Below are positions 54,211 through 63,040 of a stretch of DNA of 64,000 nt, piece after piece. Below the pieces are notes generated by a model that did not search any database, was not told where the DNA came from, and saw nothing but the letters and a program-made list of their open reading frames with translations. The stretch lies in contig OZ250142.1 of assembly GCA_965237445.1 (NCBI GenBank), forward strand, positions 176,153-240,152. The letters run 5' to 3'. The DNA comes from Dehalococcoidia bacterium. Its GTDB lineage: Bacteria; Chloroflexota; Dehalococcoidia; Lucifugimonadales; G963668185. How positions within the stretch are numbered: position 1 is the stretch's first letter; every line of letters begins with the position of its first letter. Both the position numbers and the translations under genes were made by a program.

Positions 54211-56715
54211 TTACGGAACAGGAATGAGTTCAGAAACTCTGTCGTCTGTACCGTATGCCGCGCCTCCATCAGATTCAGCCCCAATCGACCAGGAAGACTG
54301 ACCATTGTCGATCGACACGATATCGCTCTCTGCAGAGCCAGGCAGTTCCTCTTCGATTCCCACCGCCTGATCAGTAATTTCTGCCTCCTGATTCCCCCAT
54401 CCAACAAACGCGACTGCGAAGCCAAGTGCTGCCGCAACTAGGGCAACTACCAGGACCGTCCCAGCGTATATCAGGACTGAAGAAACACGCTTGGGGGCTG
54501 TCTCGTGCCAGTGCGTGACATGTCGGAGAGCCACGTTCCCAAGGCTGTCTACGTGGATTTCCTCCAGGCCGGCGTTCCTGTTCGTGTCGTCCTCTGAATT
54601 AAACTCGAGAGTGATGTGAAAGTACCCGCGGGACTCTACGACATCCTTAATGCACCACTGGACATCCGAGTTCTTGAGGTGGCTGCAATGTGGCGTACGG
54701 TCTCCGGACGCCGTTCTCAGCGCAATCGACTCCGCCTGTTCCCGCGTTATCGGTACGAGCTTACTCTGCACTGCGGAGACAGGAGTTGAAGCTTGCGCCG
54801 TTGCGGTCGCTCCGACGACGCCACGGCTGGCAGACGGGTCGACTTCGACGTCATGCTCCCACAAGGGTGCCTCCAACGCGGACATGGGGACGCTTCGTCC
54901 GTTCGGCATCGCCTTGGAGGCTTCAGCACGGTCGCCGTCATCTCCCAGGAAAATCCTCCCGAATGTCTCTTCCAGATACCCGTGCAGGCGTCGGAAAGAC
55001 CTGATTCCCAAGAAGGCGAGCGCGGCGAGCACTACAAACGGGGCTGGTATTGCCAGAGAGCCCAGCGATAGGAGCTGGAACACGAACGGAATTGACCACA
55101 GTCCAAGGATGACCACGATAAAGACCATCACGGAGTCCCGGATAACGGAACCAAGGATATCCGGTACCCACATCGCCCACTGCCGGCCCCGCACGATCAG
55201 GTGAGTTGTCACGACGTCCGCCAGTCCGCGTATGCTCGACCATATGGCAAAGGCGGGCGGAATGCAGAACACCAGCGTGGTGAAACCGACAACGAACCCC
55301 ACTACCCTCTCGCTCAGTCCGATCAGTTTCCCGATCTGCGGTGCCGTCTCCGCCGCAAATGTTCCCATGCCAATAAGCACTACGATGATCATGCTGTTGA
55401 GCAGAACAACCGCGGCCGAGCGCTTGACCCTGTGCCCGAATTCGCTGTCTAGCCTTACTCCCGCGGTAATCGTCTGAATCGCTTCAGAGATGTTGCTGAA
55501 GTATCGCTTCAGCATCGGAGGCCCAACACGGTCTATCAAGCTGAAGATTCTGTCGCCTGAGCGCGCCAGGTACGGATAAATCAGTGAGTTCATGGCCGCA
55601 GCCGCCACTAACACCTGGTAGATGAAGGCCCCAATGGCGTTGGATTCCACTCCAACCTTCATGATGGCAAGCGAGAACTCCCCCACCTGGCCCATTCGAG
55701 TACCGACGTTCAAAGAAATCTGGCCCGATCTGCCAGTCGCGAAGGTTCCAAGACTGGCGCCGAAGACCTTGCCCACTATGAAGACTCCCGCAATGATCGT
55801 GGCGGACAGGAGATGGTCCTTGATCAGATAGATGTCCACGAGCATGCCAATCGAAACAAAGAAGAGGGCGCCGAACATGTCGCGTATCGGTGATATCACA
55901 TGGGATATCTGTTCCGACTGTCGCGTATCGCCGATCACGGCCCCGATGAGGAACGCGCCGGCTGCCGCAGATATTCCAAGCATCTGCCCGAAAAGAGAGA
56001 GCAGGAAGCACAGTGCCAGGCTCGTCAGCATAAGAGTTTCGGGAGAGCGGTAGCTTGCGACTATGCCCACTATGCGAGGCACGATGATGGCGCCCAGTGC
56101 GAGTGACGCCACCCCAAACACGCCTATCTTCAGCACAAGCAAGCCAATGTCTTGAGGCTCGGCGCTGCCTGTAGACGCAACTCCGGAGAGGACCGTGAGT
56201 AGAATGACGGCGACAAAGTCCTCGACGACCAGTATCCCGACGACAATGCGGCCAACGCCTGCCTTGAGTTGGCCCGCGTCAGCAAGGACCTTGATTAGCA
56301 TGGCCGAACTGCTTATCGCTAGGGCCGCCCCGAGGAAGACGGACTCCATCGCAGTCCACCCCATCATCTGGCCCACCTGGTAGCCGAGGGAGGACATCAC
56401 CAGCATCTCAACGGTGCCTATCAGCAGCACGCCCATCCCGACCTGACGGATCCGCCTCCAACCCAACTCGAGCCCAACGGCAAACAGCAGCACCACCAGT
56501 CCAAGATCCGCCAGCAGACGTATGCTCTCCTGGTTGGTAACCGGGGGATTCGGCAGGGTGAACGGCCCGACGATGACGCCGGCAATCAAGTATCCGAGTA
56601 TGGGCGGCTGATTGAACCTGCGGAAGACGACCACCGCCACGCCCGCGACGGCCATGATGATGGCGAAATCGCGGACAAGGGAAGAACCCTCCACGTGTAT
56701 CAGAGACTCCGGCAT
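54211..56715 (-). CDS. CPA2-family cation:proton antiporter with a ~440-aa C-terminal extension (extra TM helices plus PepSY-like region)
   Basis: The N-terminal ~390 aa is a Kef/NapA-like exchanger (PILGYLIAGVIVGP, LLFAVGLEL). It is followed by 4-5 further hydrophobic helices, a soluble region (ITREQAESIALRTASG ... YFHITLEF ... EEIHVDSLGNVAL), one more TM helix and an acidic tail. Confidence 0.75.
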   Translation of the reverse strand: MPESLIHVEGSSLVRDFAIIMAVAGVAVVVFRRFNQPPILGYLIAGVIVGPFTLPNPPVTNQESIRLLADLGLVVLLFAVGLELGWRRIRQVGMGVLLIGTVEMLVMSSLGYQVGQMMGWTAMESVFLGAALAISSSAMLIKVLADAGQLKAGVGRIVVGILVVEDFVAVILLTVLSGVASTGSAEPQDIGLLVLKIGVFGVASLALGAIIVPRIVGIVASYRSPETLMLTSLALCFLLSLFGQMLGISAAAGAFLIGAVIGDTRQSEQISHVISPIRDMFGALFFVSIGMLVDIYLIKDHLLSATIIAGVFIVGKVFGASLGTFATGRSGQISLNVGTRMGQVGEFSLAIMKVGVESNAIGAFIYQVLVAAAAMNSLIYPYLARSGDRIFSLIDRVGPPMLKRYFSNISEAIQTITAGVRLDSEFGHRVKRSAAVVLLNSMIIVVLIGMGTFAAETAPQIGKLIGLSERVVGFVVGFTTLVFCIPPAFAIWSSIRGLADVVTTHLIVRGRQWAMWVPDILGSVIRDSVMVFIVVILGLWSIPFVFQLLSLGSLAIPAPFVVLAALAFLGIRSFRRLHGYLEETFGRIFLGDDGDRAEASKAMPNGRSVPMSALEAPLWEHDVEVDPSASRGVVGATATAQASTPVSAVQSKLVPITREQAESIALRTASGDRTPHCSHLKNSDVQWCIKDVVESRGYFHITLEFNSEDDTNRNAGLEEIHVDSLGNVALRHVTHWHETAPKRVSSVLIYAGTVLVVALVAAALGFAVAFVGWGNQEAEITDQAVGIEEELPGSAESDIVSIDNGQSSWSIGAESDGGAAYGTDDRVSELIPVP

Positions 56716-56838
56716 GCTGAAATGCTACAACGGGCAAAGCCGGACTCACGATGTCAATCTGGGTCTAGATTGAACTAAAAGGAGAAACTGAGGCGGTTTC
56801 CGGCAACGGCTGCGGAGGCTCTGCTGCCCGCGCTCAGC

Positions 56839-57201
56839 CTAGTCTGAGACCCGGCCGCCTCTCTGACTCGCGGCCTCTTCCAACAGCCTGTCGAGAAGTA
56901 CGAACGACTCCTGGACCTTGAAGTCCAGGCTGGCGATGGACATAGCCCGAAACAGTACACCGGTTGAGACCCGCGCCCTCACACCCTCTCCCAGGGCCGG
57001 CACCTTCTGCCCGAGCGCCTTCGAAACGAATCCCGCCGCTGTCATGCCCTCCCGCGTGAGTGGAAAGTGCATCAGCATCTTGTCGTCATATGAGAGCACC
57101 AGCCCGGTCTCATCCTGCCGGAGGTCGAGGTTGAGATGTGCCCGGGGCACGGCGATCAGTTCTTCGGCATACTCTGTGATCTCAACGGATTGATCGTTCA
57201 T
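56839..57201 (-). CDS. hypothetical protein
   Basis: 120 aa from ATG 57201 (MNDQSVEITEYAEELIAV...). No family recognised and coding status is moderate. Confidence 0.4.
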   Translation of the reverse strand: MNDQSVEITEYAEELIAVPRAHLNLDLRQDETGLVLSYDDKMLMHFPLTREGMTAAGFVSKALGQKVPALGEGVRARVSTGVLFRAMSIASLDFKVQESFVLLDRLLEEAASQRGGRVSD

Positions 57202-57520
57202 GGCGCTCACGCCCCTATCGTATCGCTGATGCCAGCCCAGAGAAAGCAGTCCGCACGGTATCGCCGCCAACGATGAGGGGCTTGCCTTCTACAAACATCT
57301 GTGCTATTATCAGTTCATGGATGTCGTGAAACTCGCCTGCCGCACCCGCAACGGAGTCCAGAGGGCTCCAGAAGGCTATTGCAGGAGCGCTCGAAATACC
57401 GCACCAAAACGTGGACTCTCTCTGCCGGCTGCTGAGACGCTTCCCAGATGCCTGTAGGCCCGATCAGCCTTTGGGCTCCCCTTTTGGGTCCCCTTTTGAG
57501 TGCAACGAAGGGGCCTCACG

Positions 57521-57668
57521 CTGCAAACGTGTTCCATTCGTGTTCCATTCATGCCCTGAATGTGCCCCGGTTAAGTACCAATCGTGTTCCAAAGCAGTCC
57601 CGCAAACCCCCCCAACCCAGCTACGAAATGGAACAAAACGGAACATAATGGAACACATTTTTGCGAAA
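57521..57668. repeat. iteron-rich palindromic intergenic module B (core TGTTCC / GGAACA)
   Basis: GTGTTCCATTC occurs twice in perfect tandem (57529-57539 and 57540-57550), and GTGTTCC again at 57584-57590. Inverted A(T/C)GGAACA at 57628, 57638 and 57648 are phased at 10 bp. The flanks are GCAAAC (57523-57528) and TTTTTGCG (57657-57664). The outer arms, GTGTTCCATT and AATGGAACAC, are perfectly complementary. Confidence 0.8.
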
Positions 57669-57922
57669 ACTAGCCTCCGTTGCGCACCCGCTTCCTGTTG
57701 AAGCTTTGCCGAAGCCTTCCACACTGCATTCGCAAGACCCAACTGCACACACGGCCAACTCTTTCCAAAGCCGCCCACCGTCGTTATGGGCCATCACAGA
57801 ATTGCCCGAAAAGTGTGGGACCTGCTCGGGCCCACATCACGTCTTGGGGCTGACGCAATTTAGGTCTCCCGCAATGCCGCCGCCAACTTGCGGTAACAGG
57901 TTAGGTCTGTCACGATTGTTGC

Positions 57923-58819
57923 ATGAAGATCGGCATCTTCGAAGTCTCAGAACCCGTCCCAGAACTGCATGACACGCGCGCCATGGCCATCCTGAGGCCA
58001 TGGATCGACGTTGGTAGGGTCGGCTCCGTGGCGCTAAGCCAGATCGAACGATACATGGCGGCCAAGGAGCTGGGCCGGCTTGACAGGCCCGGCACGTACT
58101 TTGACTTTACGCGTTACAGGCCTCGCACAAGGTCTGTTGGCGAAAGGCGCATACTCACCACGCCCAACACCGTCGTCTATTACGCTCGCATCGAGAATGG
58201 TGGAGACTATATTTTCCTGCACGTCCGCGAACCGCACTCGATGTCGGAGGAGTACGTCGAAGGAATAGTAGACCTGCTGGAGCACTTCAACGTCGTGGAG
58301 TACTGCCGCATTGGTGGAATGTACGATTCAGTGCCGCACACGCGCCCGCTTCTCGTGACCGGTTCGCTCAGCGACGAGCAGGAGCGCAAGGCAGGCGACA
58401 CGGTTTCCACACGCGGCAGCAACTATCAGGGTCCAACGAGCATTGTCAACCTCGTCACGCAGTCCCTTGAAAACAAGGGTGTCGCCACTCCGAGCCTGAT
58501 GGCCCATATTCCACAGTATGTGCAGTTGGACGAAGACCACATGGGGGCCAGCCGCCTGATGGAGGTGCTCTGCGCAATGTACGACCTTCCGGATTTCCTG
58601 GCCGAGACCGACAGGGGCAAACGCCAGTACAGTGAGCTGAGCAGGGCCATCGAATCGAACTCAGAGGTTAGTACCCTCATCAAGCAACTGGAAGCGTACT
58701 ACGACCGCACGCAGGCGGCGCCCTCGGGTACGGAGGAGACCGGTCCGGAACTCGCCCCTGACATCGAAGCGTTTCTCAAACAGGCAAGCGAGCGCCTCCA
58801 TAACGAGGAAGAGGACTAG
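57923..58819 (+). CDS. PAC2 (proteasome assembly chaperone 2-like) family protein
   Basis: 298 aa. LRPWIDVGRVGSVALSQIE ... FFDFTRYRP-like YFDFTRYRPRT ... HVREPHS ... GGMYDSVPHTRP is typical of bacterial PAC2 proteins. Confidence 0.7.
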   Translation: MKIGIFEVSEPVPELHDTRAMAILRPWIDVGRVGSVALSQIERYMAAKELGRLDRPGTYFDFTRYRPRTRSVGERRILTTPNTVVYYARIENGGDYIFLHVREPHSMSEEYVEGIVDLLEHFNVVEYCRIGGMYDSVPHTRPLLVTGSLSDEQERKAGDTVSTRGSNYQGPTSIVNLVTQSLENKGVATPSLMAHIPQYVQLDEDHMGASRLMEVLCAMYDLPDFLAETDRGKRQYSELSRAIESNSEVSTLIKQLEAYYDRTQAAPSGTEETGPELAPDIEAFLKQASERLHNEEED

Positions 58820-58947
58820 AAGCCCGCAAGTCCCGCTTGTTATACAGGGCAACGCTCTCGCCCTCAGTCATGGTGCGATGAGTGCGCCCGCGGTTTCAGG
58901 AACTCCCGTGAACTGACGAACGAGGGCTCCGCGTACCCATCCTCTCC

Positions 58948-58976
58948 TTGACCCCCCTACTAGCCCAACCTAGAAT
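58948..58976 (+). promoter_or_regulatory. sigma70-like promoter TTGACC-N17-TAGAAT, near-leaderless
   Basis: TTGACC at 58948-58953 and TAGAAT at 58971-58976. ATG 58988 begins only 11 nt after the -10 and has no SD. Confidence 0.6.
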
Positions 58977-58987
58977 CGAATTCGCTT

Positions 58988-59467
58988 ATGAGTACGAGCG
59001 ACACGGCCCCCACTGTTAGGCTCCTGTCCGTCGGGGGCGTAGTTTTACGCAATGGCGACTCCGGGCCCGAGGTGGCCCTGTGTGGTCACATAGACGGCGC
59101 CGGATACGAATGGGGCCTCCCAAAGGGCACTCCCGAACCCGGTGAGACCAGGACCGAGACCGCAATCCGCGAAGTACAGGAGGAGACCGGTCTGGAAGTA
59201 GTCATCGACGAATACATCGGCGACATTAAGTACTCATTCCCATGGCCAAAGGCAGGCGGACGTGACGCGGACAACAAGCGGTCGCTGGCTCACAAGACGG
59301 TGCTCTTCTACCTGATGTCCGCCACCGGAGGAAGCACCGATTTGCACGACCACGAGTTTGACGATGTACAGTGGTTCCCGGCGGACACGGCCCTGCGGTC
59401 GCTCAAGTATGACAACGAGGCCGGGATCGTGAAGGATGGCCTCGAAATGGCATCGAGTCGAGCATGA
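58988..59467 (+). CDS. NUDIX hydrolase
   Basis: 159 aa with the Nudix box GLPKGTPEPGETRTETAIREVQEETG. Confidence 0.85.
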   Translation: MSTSDTAPTVRLLSVGGVVLRNGDSGPEVALCGHIDGAGYEWGLPKGTPEPGETRTETAIREVQEETGLEVVIDEYIGDIKYSFPWPKAGGRDADNKRSLAHKTVLFYLMSATGGSTDLHDHEFDDVQWFPADTALRSLKYDNEAGIVKDGLEMASSRA

Positions 59468-60018
59468 CGGCCGTTCCGACAGCCCGCGGCGCACGTAGTG
59501 TGCTGCTCAGGGAAAAGCGCCTTGAAGATGCCGAGAACGACTACTCTTGGCGCGTGGACGAAGAACTCGCCCGCCACGACGCTACCCGCCCCCTGCGAAT
59601 GAGCTTCCGTGAGTTTCGCAAGTACTCCAAGGAAGAATTGGAATACCCCAGCCCTTGGTCCAGGCGATTCGCCGTCGAGACCCTGGACGGAAGGCACATC
59701 GGCAACTGCATGTACTACGACATCGACACCCGGCGCGGGGAAACCGAGCTCGGCATAGTAATCGGCGATAAGGACTACTTGGGAAAGGGGTATGGTACCG
59801 ACGCAGTCGATTCACTGCTGGACCACATCTTCACCACCACTACGATAGCCAAGGTTTACCTCCATACGCTTGACTGGAATCAGAGGGCGCGGAAGTCGTT
59901 CGCAAAGTCGGGGTTTAATGAAGTCCGCCCAGTGAGGCGGAGCGGCTTGGACTTCATCCGTATGGAGATACTACAAGGCGAGTGGAAACAGTTGCGTGGA
60001 CAGGAGAATCGGCCCTAA
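59464..60018 (+). CDS. GNAT family N-acetyltransferase (RimJ/RimL-like)
   Basis: 184 aa with GIVIGDKDYLGKGYGTDAVDSLLDHIF and NQRARKSFAKSGF. It overlaps the upstream gene by 4 nt. Confidence 0.8.
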   Translation: MTAVPTARGARSVLLREKRLEDAENDYSWRVDEELARHDATRPLRMSFREFRKYSKEELEYPSPWSRRFAVETLDGRHIGNCMYYDIDTRRGETELGIVIGDKDYLGKGYGTDAVDSLLDHIFTTTTIAKVYLHTLDWNQRARKSFAKSGFNEVRPVRRSGLDFIRMEILQGEWKQLRGQENRP

Positions 60019-60319
60019 GTCCGTGGCAATGCAGATACTGTAGCCTCGGAAGCCACGCACGCGCCATCGGCGAGCTCATGCTCCCCAGGTCCGGGCCCTC
60101 GCCAAGTGCGGTCACAATGACGTCCGCTGCTCTGAAGTTGGGCCGTTAGCGTTGACTCAGCACCCGTGTGCCGCAGGATCCATCAGCCATCGTCTGGTGT
60201 CCAACCTTACGAAGAGACGGGCGTCGCTTCAGACGCCGATCAGGTACGCTAAGCATCCGGAGCGAAGAAGCTCCGCAAGTGGCCCTACCTCGCTAGGCCA
60301 CTCCGACTGATTAGGGCGC

Positions 60320-60325
60320 TAGAAT
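60320..60325 (+). promoter_or_regulatory. -10 element TAGAAT placed for a leaderless folC transcript
   Basis: TAGAAT at 60320-60325 is separated by 7 nt from ATG 60333. There is no SD and no convincing -35. Confidence 0.4.
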
Positions 60326-60332
60326 TACTCCC

Positions 60333-61721
60333 ATGCAGACACGCTACAAGAACGCGCTAGAGAGAGTCATGAGCCTCGCGGACTTTGAGCGCTCTACGCA
60401 CAGTCCTGAGCACGCGAAGTTCCACCTCGAACGCATGGCCCTTCTCCTTCAGCAACTGGGCGATCCGCATCTTGGAAGGCGAACAGTCCACGTTGCGGGT
60501 ACGAAAGGCAAGGGAAGCACGTCCGCCATGATCACTTCGATCTTGTCCGCAAGCGGCTTCTCGGCGGGCTTCTATACTTCGCCCCATCTGCACCGGACCG
60601 TCGAACGTATAAGGGTCGGCCTTGAACCCGTTACGACAGATGAGTTCGCGGAGTTGGTAGATGATGTCTGGCCCGCCACGGAGTGGACTAGCGAGCACGG
60701 CGGTTACGGAGGGGTGACTACCTTCGAGGTCCTTACTGCGATGGCATTCGTGCACTTCAAGAAGGCAAGCCTTGATTTTCAGGTCATGGAAGTTGGACTG
60801 GGCGGTCGGCTGGACGCGACCAATGTCGTAGCGCCTGACGTCTGCGTCATCACATCGATTAGCCTGGACCACACTGCGACGTTGGGAGAGACGATTCCTG
60901 AGATCGCGAGCGAGAAGGCGGGCATCATTAAGCGCGGCGTCCCGGTTGTAGCCGCTCCTCAAACCGCGGAGGCGCTCAGCGTCATCGAAGAGGTAGCCCG
61001 CGAAAGGGATGCTCCCGTAATCGATGTCGGGAAGAGTCTCTCATGGCGACTACAGAAGTCCGGTCCCCAGGGCCAGACCTTCACACTGAGCGGCCTGCAC
61101 GGCGACTACGACCTGGCTTTGCCGCTGATCGGAGATCATCAACTGGAGAACGCCGCAGCAGCAGTAGCCGCGGCTGAAACACTGAGCGGCCTCGGACACA
61201 ACATCACCTCAGAGTCCATAACGAACGGGATTCGTGACGTTAGATGGGAAGGCAGACTGCAGGTCCTACAGGCCGAACCTCCTCCCGTTGTCGTAGACGG
61301 CGCGCACAACCCCTACTCAATGCGTCGCCTTGCGGAAGCCGTAAAGAAGACCTTTCAATACTCACGCGTTTATGTGGTCTTCGGTGGTCTGATGGGTCAC
61401 AGTCTTGAAGGTATGCTTGAAGAACTGCAGGCCATTCAACCGGAGATCGTAGCGGTGAAGTCCCGTCATCCTCGTTCTGCCCCTAGTGCTATAATCGCAG
61501 AAGCGGCTAGAGCCCAGGGACTCTCAGTCCTGTTGGAGACTGACGAGGTAGTGGAAGGTCTTCGCAGGGCCATGGACTTGGCCGACGAGACCTCACTGAT
61601 TTTGGGAACCGGCTCGCTGTTTGTAACCGCGGAAATCACTGAAGCTTTAACCGGCATGGAACCGGAACTGTACGAAAACATAGTTCCTCCCAAGTGGGAG
61701 GACCGGAGGACAGGCCCCTGA
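60333..61721 (+). CDS. folC: bifunctional folylpolyglutamate synthase / dihydrofolate synthase
   Basis: 462 aa with the Mur-ligase P-loop VAGTKGKGST, plus SPHL and ITSISLDH. Confidence 0.9.
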   Translation: MQTRYKNALERVMSLADFERSTHSPEHAKFHLERMALLLQQLGDPHLGRRTVHVAGTKGKGSTSAMITSILSASGFSAGFYTSPHLHRTVERIRVGLEPVTTDEFAELVDDVWPATEWTSEHGGYGGVTTFEVLTAMAFVHFKKASLDFQVMEVGLGGRLDATNVVAPDVCVITSISLDHTATLGETIPEIASEKAGIIKRGVPVVAAPQTAEALSVIEEVARERDAPVIDVGKSLSWRLQKSGPQGQTFTLSGLHGDYDLALPLIGDHQLENAAAAVAAAETLSGLGHNITSESITNGIRDVRWEGRLQVLQAEPPPVVVDGAHNPYSMRRLAEAVKKTFQYSRVYVVFGGLMGHSLEGMLEELQAIQPEIVAVKSRHPRSAPSAIIAEAARAQGLSVLLETDEVVEGLRRAMDLADETSLILGTGSLFVTAEITEALTGMEPELYENIVPPKWEDRRTGP

Positions 61722-62974
61722 TGCGAAACGGGACCAGAAGTAGAGTGGTCGTCACGGGCATGGGCTTGGTATCTCCGTTGGGCCAGTCTGTCGAAGAGTA
61801 CTGGGACGGCCTCGTCAACGGCCGGTCCGGTATCGGGCCTTTGACGCTCTGCGACCCGGCACAGTTTCCCTGCCGAATTGCCGGGGAGGTAACCGGCTTC
61901 GATCCCCAGCAGTACGCGGACCGTAAAGATGTCCGCCGGATGGCCAGGTTCTCGCAGTTGGCGGTAGCCGCTTCCAGCCTCGCCCTCGACGACGCAGGCC
62001 TGGATGTTTCGACACTGGATGAAGAGCGCATCGGCGTGGTCATGGGCAACGGAAATGGCGGTTTTCCGACAACCGAGCAGAACTCGAAGCTGCTATTCGA
62101 CCGCGGAGGCATGAGGGTAAGTCCCTTCTTCATACCAATGATCCTGCCAAACATGGCGGCTGCCAATGTCAGCAGGCTGTTCGGATTGAAGGGTTACAAC
62201 TCTACGATCACCACGGCATGCGCAGCCGGTACCCACGCCATAGGTGAAGGGGCCGAGGTCATAAGGCGCGGCGCGGCCGATGCCGTTCTCAGCGGTGGCT
62301 GCGAGGCCGGAATATGCCACCTTGGCCTGGGCGGCTTCAACGTCATCAAGGCCCTGTCACGCCAGAACGACGAGCCTGAACGTGCCAGCCGCCCGTTCGA
62401 CGCCGACAGGGACGGATTCGTACCGGCGGAAGGTGCGGGCATGGTCGTGCTTGAAGATATGCACCACGCCCTCGACCGAGGCGCCAACATCCTGGCCGAA
62501 GTTGCCGGCTTTGGAGTGTCCGCGGATGCCTTCCACTCAGTGGAGCCGGACGAAGACGGCAAGGGCGCGGCCCGTGCTATCCGTTGGGCGCTGAAAGACG
62601 CCGATATGTCACCGGGCGATATCGACTACATTAACGCCCACGGCACGTCGACACCCAAGAACGACCTCGTCGAAACGCTCGCCATCAAGCTTGCCCTTGG
62701 CGAGCATGCCTATCAAATCCCAATCAGTTCCACAAAGTCCATGATCGGTCATGCCTTGGGAGCGTCCGGCGCCTTGGAGGGCATCGCGGCCATACTCTCG
62801 ATCGTCAATGACGAGATTCACCCAACAATCAATCTGGAAACCCCCGATCCAGATTGCGACTTGGACTACGTGCCTATCCAGTCCAGGAAGCTGGCAGTCA
62901 ACACTGCCATGTCCAACAGCTTCGGTTTCGGCGGTCAGAACTCAAGCCTGATCTTCAAGAGCTTCGAAGAGTAG
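61721..62974 (+). CDS. fabF: beta-ketoacyl-[acyl-carrier-protein] synthase II
   Basis: ATG 61721 overlaps the folC TGA by 1 nt. It has VVVTGMGLVSPLG, an active-site Cys in TTACAAG, then NAHGTSTP, GHALGASG and SFGFGGQN. Confidence 0.9.
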   Translation: MRNGTRSRVVVTGMGLVSPLGQSVEEYWDGLVNGRSGIGPLTLCDPAQFPCRIAGEVTGFDPQQYADRKDVRRMARFSQLAVAASSLALDDAGLDVSTLDEERIGVVMGNGNGGFPTTEQNSKLLFDRGGMRVSPFFIPMILPNMAAANVSRLFGLKGYNSTITTACAAGTHAIGEGAEVIRRGAADAVLSGGCEAGICHLGLGGFNVIKALSRQNDEPERASRPFDADRDGFVPAEGAGMVVLEDMHHALDRGANILAEVAGFGVSADAFHSVEPDEDGKGAARAIRWALKDADMSPGDIDYINAHGTSTPKNDLVETLAIKLALGEHAYQIPISSTKSMIGHALGASGALEGIAAILSIVNDEIHPTINLETPDPDCDLDYVPIQSRKLAVNTAMSNSFGFGGQNSSLIFKSFEE

Positions 62975-63040
62975 CCAACCCTCGTCTCTCGACGGTCGCT
63001 GGCCGCCCATTGGTGAGTCGCCGGAGCCTTCCCTTACTGC

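Noticed and set aside
57529-57656. Module B or A words as parS (TGTTNCACGTGAAACA), DnaA boxes (TTATCCACA) or CRP sites (TGTGA-N6-TCACA).
   Set aside because: There is only partial half-site resemblance. The spacing and orientation do not fit any of these consensus sites, and no dnaA/dnaN or parAB context is present.
48712-57668. Modules A and B as attL/attR or transposon ends delimiting an 8.9-kb island.
   Set aside because: The interior holds core housekeeping genes (Fe-S carrier, ygfZ, fatty-acid operon, antiporter). There is no integrase or transposase. The two modules share no identical core and lie in the same rather than mirrored orientation.
57411-57778. 96-aa and 66-aa (+) ORFs and a 104-aa (-) ORF spanning module B.
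   Set aside because: The frames are generated by the repeat array itself. There is no RBS and no homology-like features. The equivalent frames in module A are interrupted by stops.
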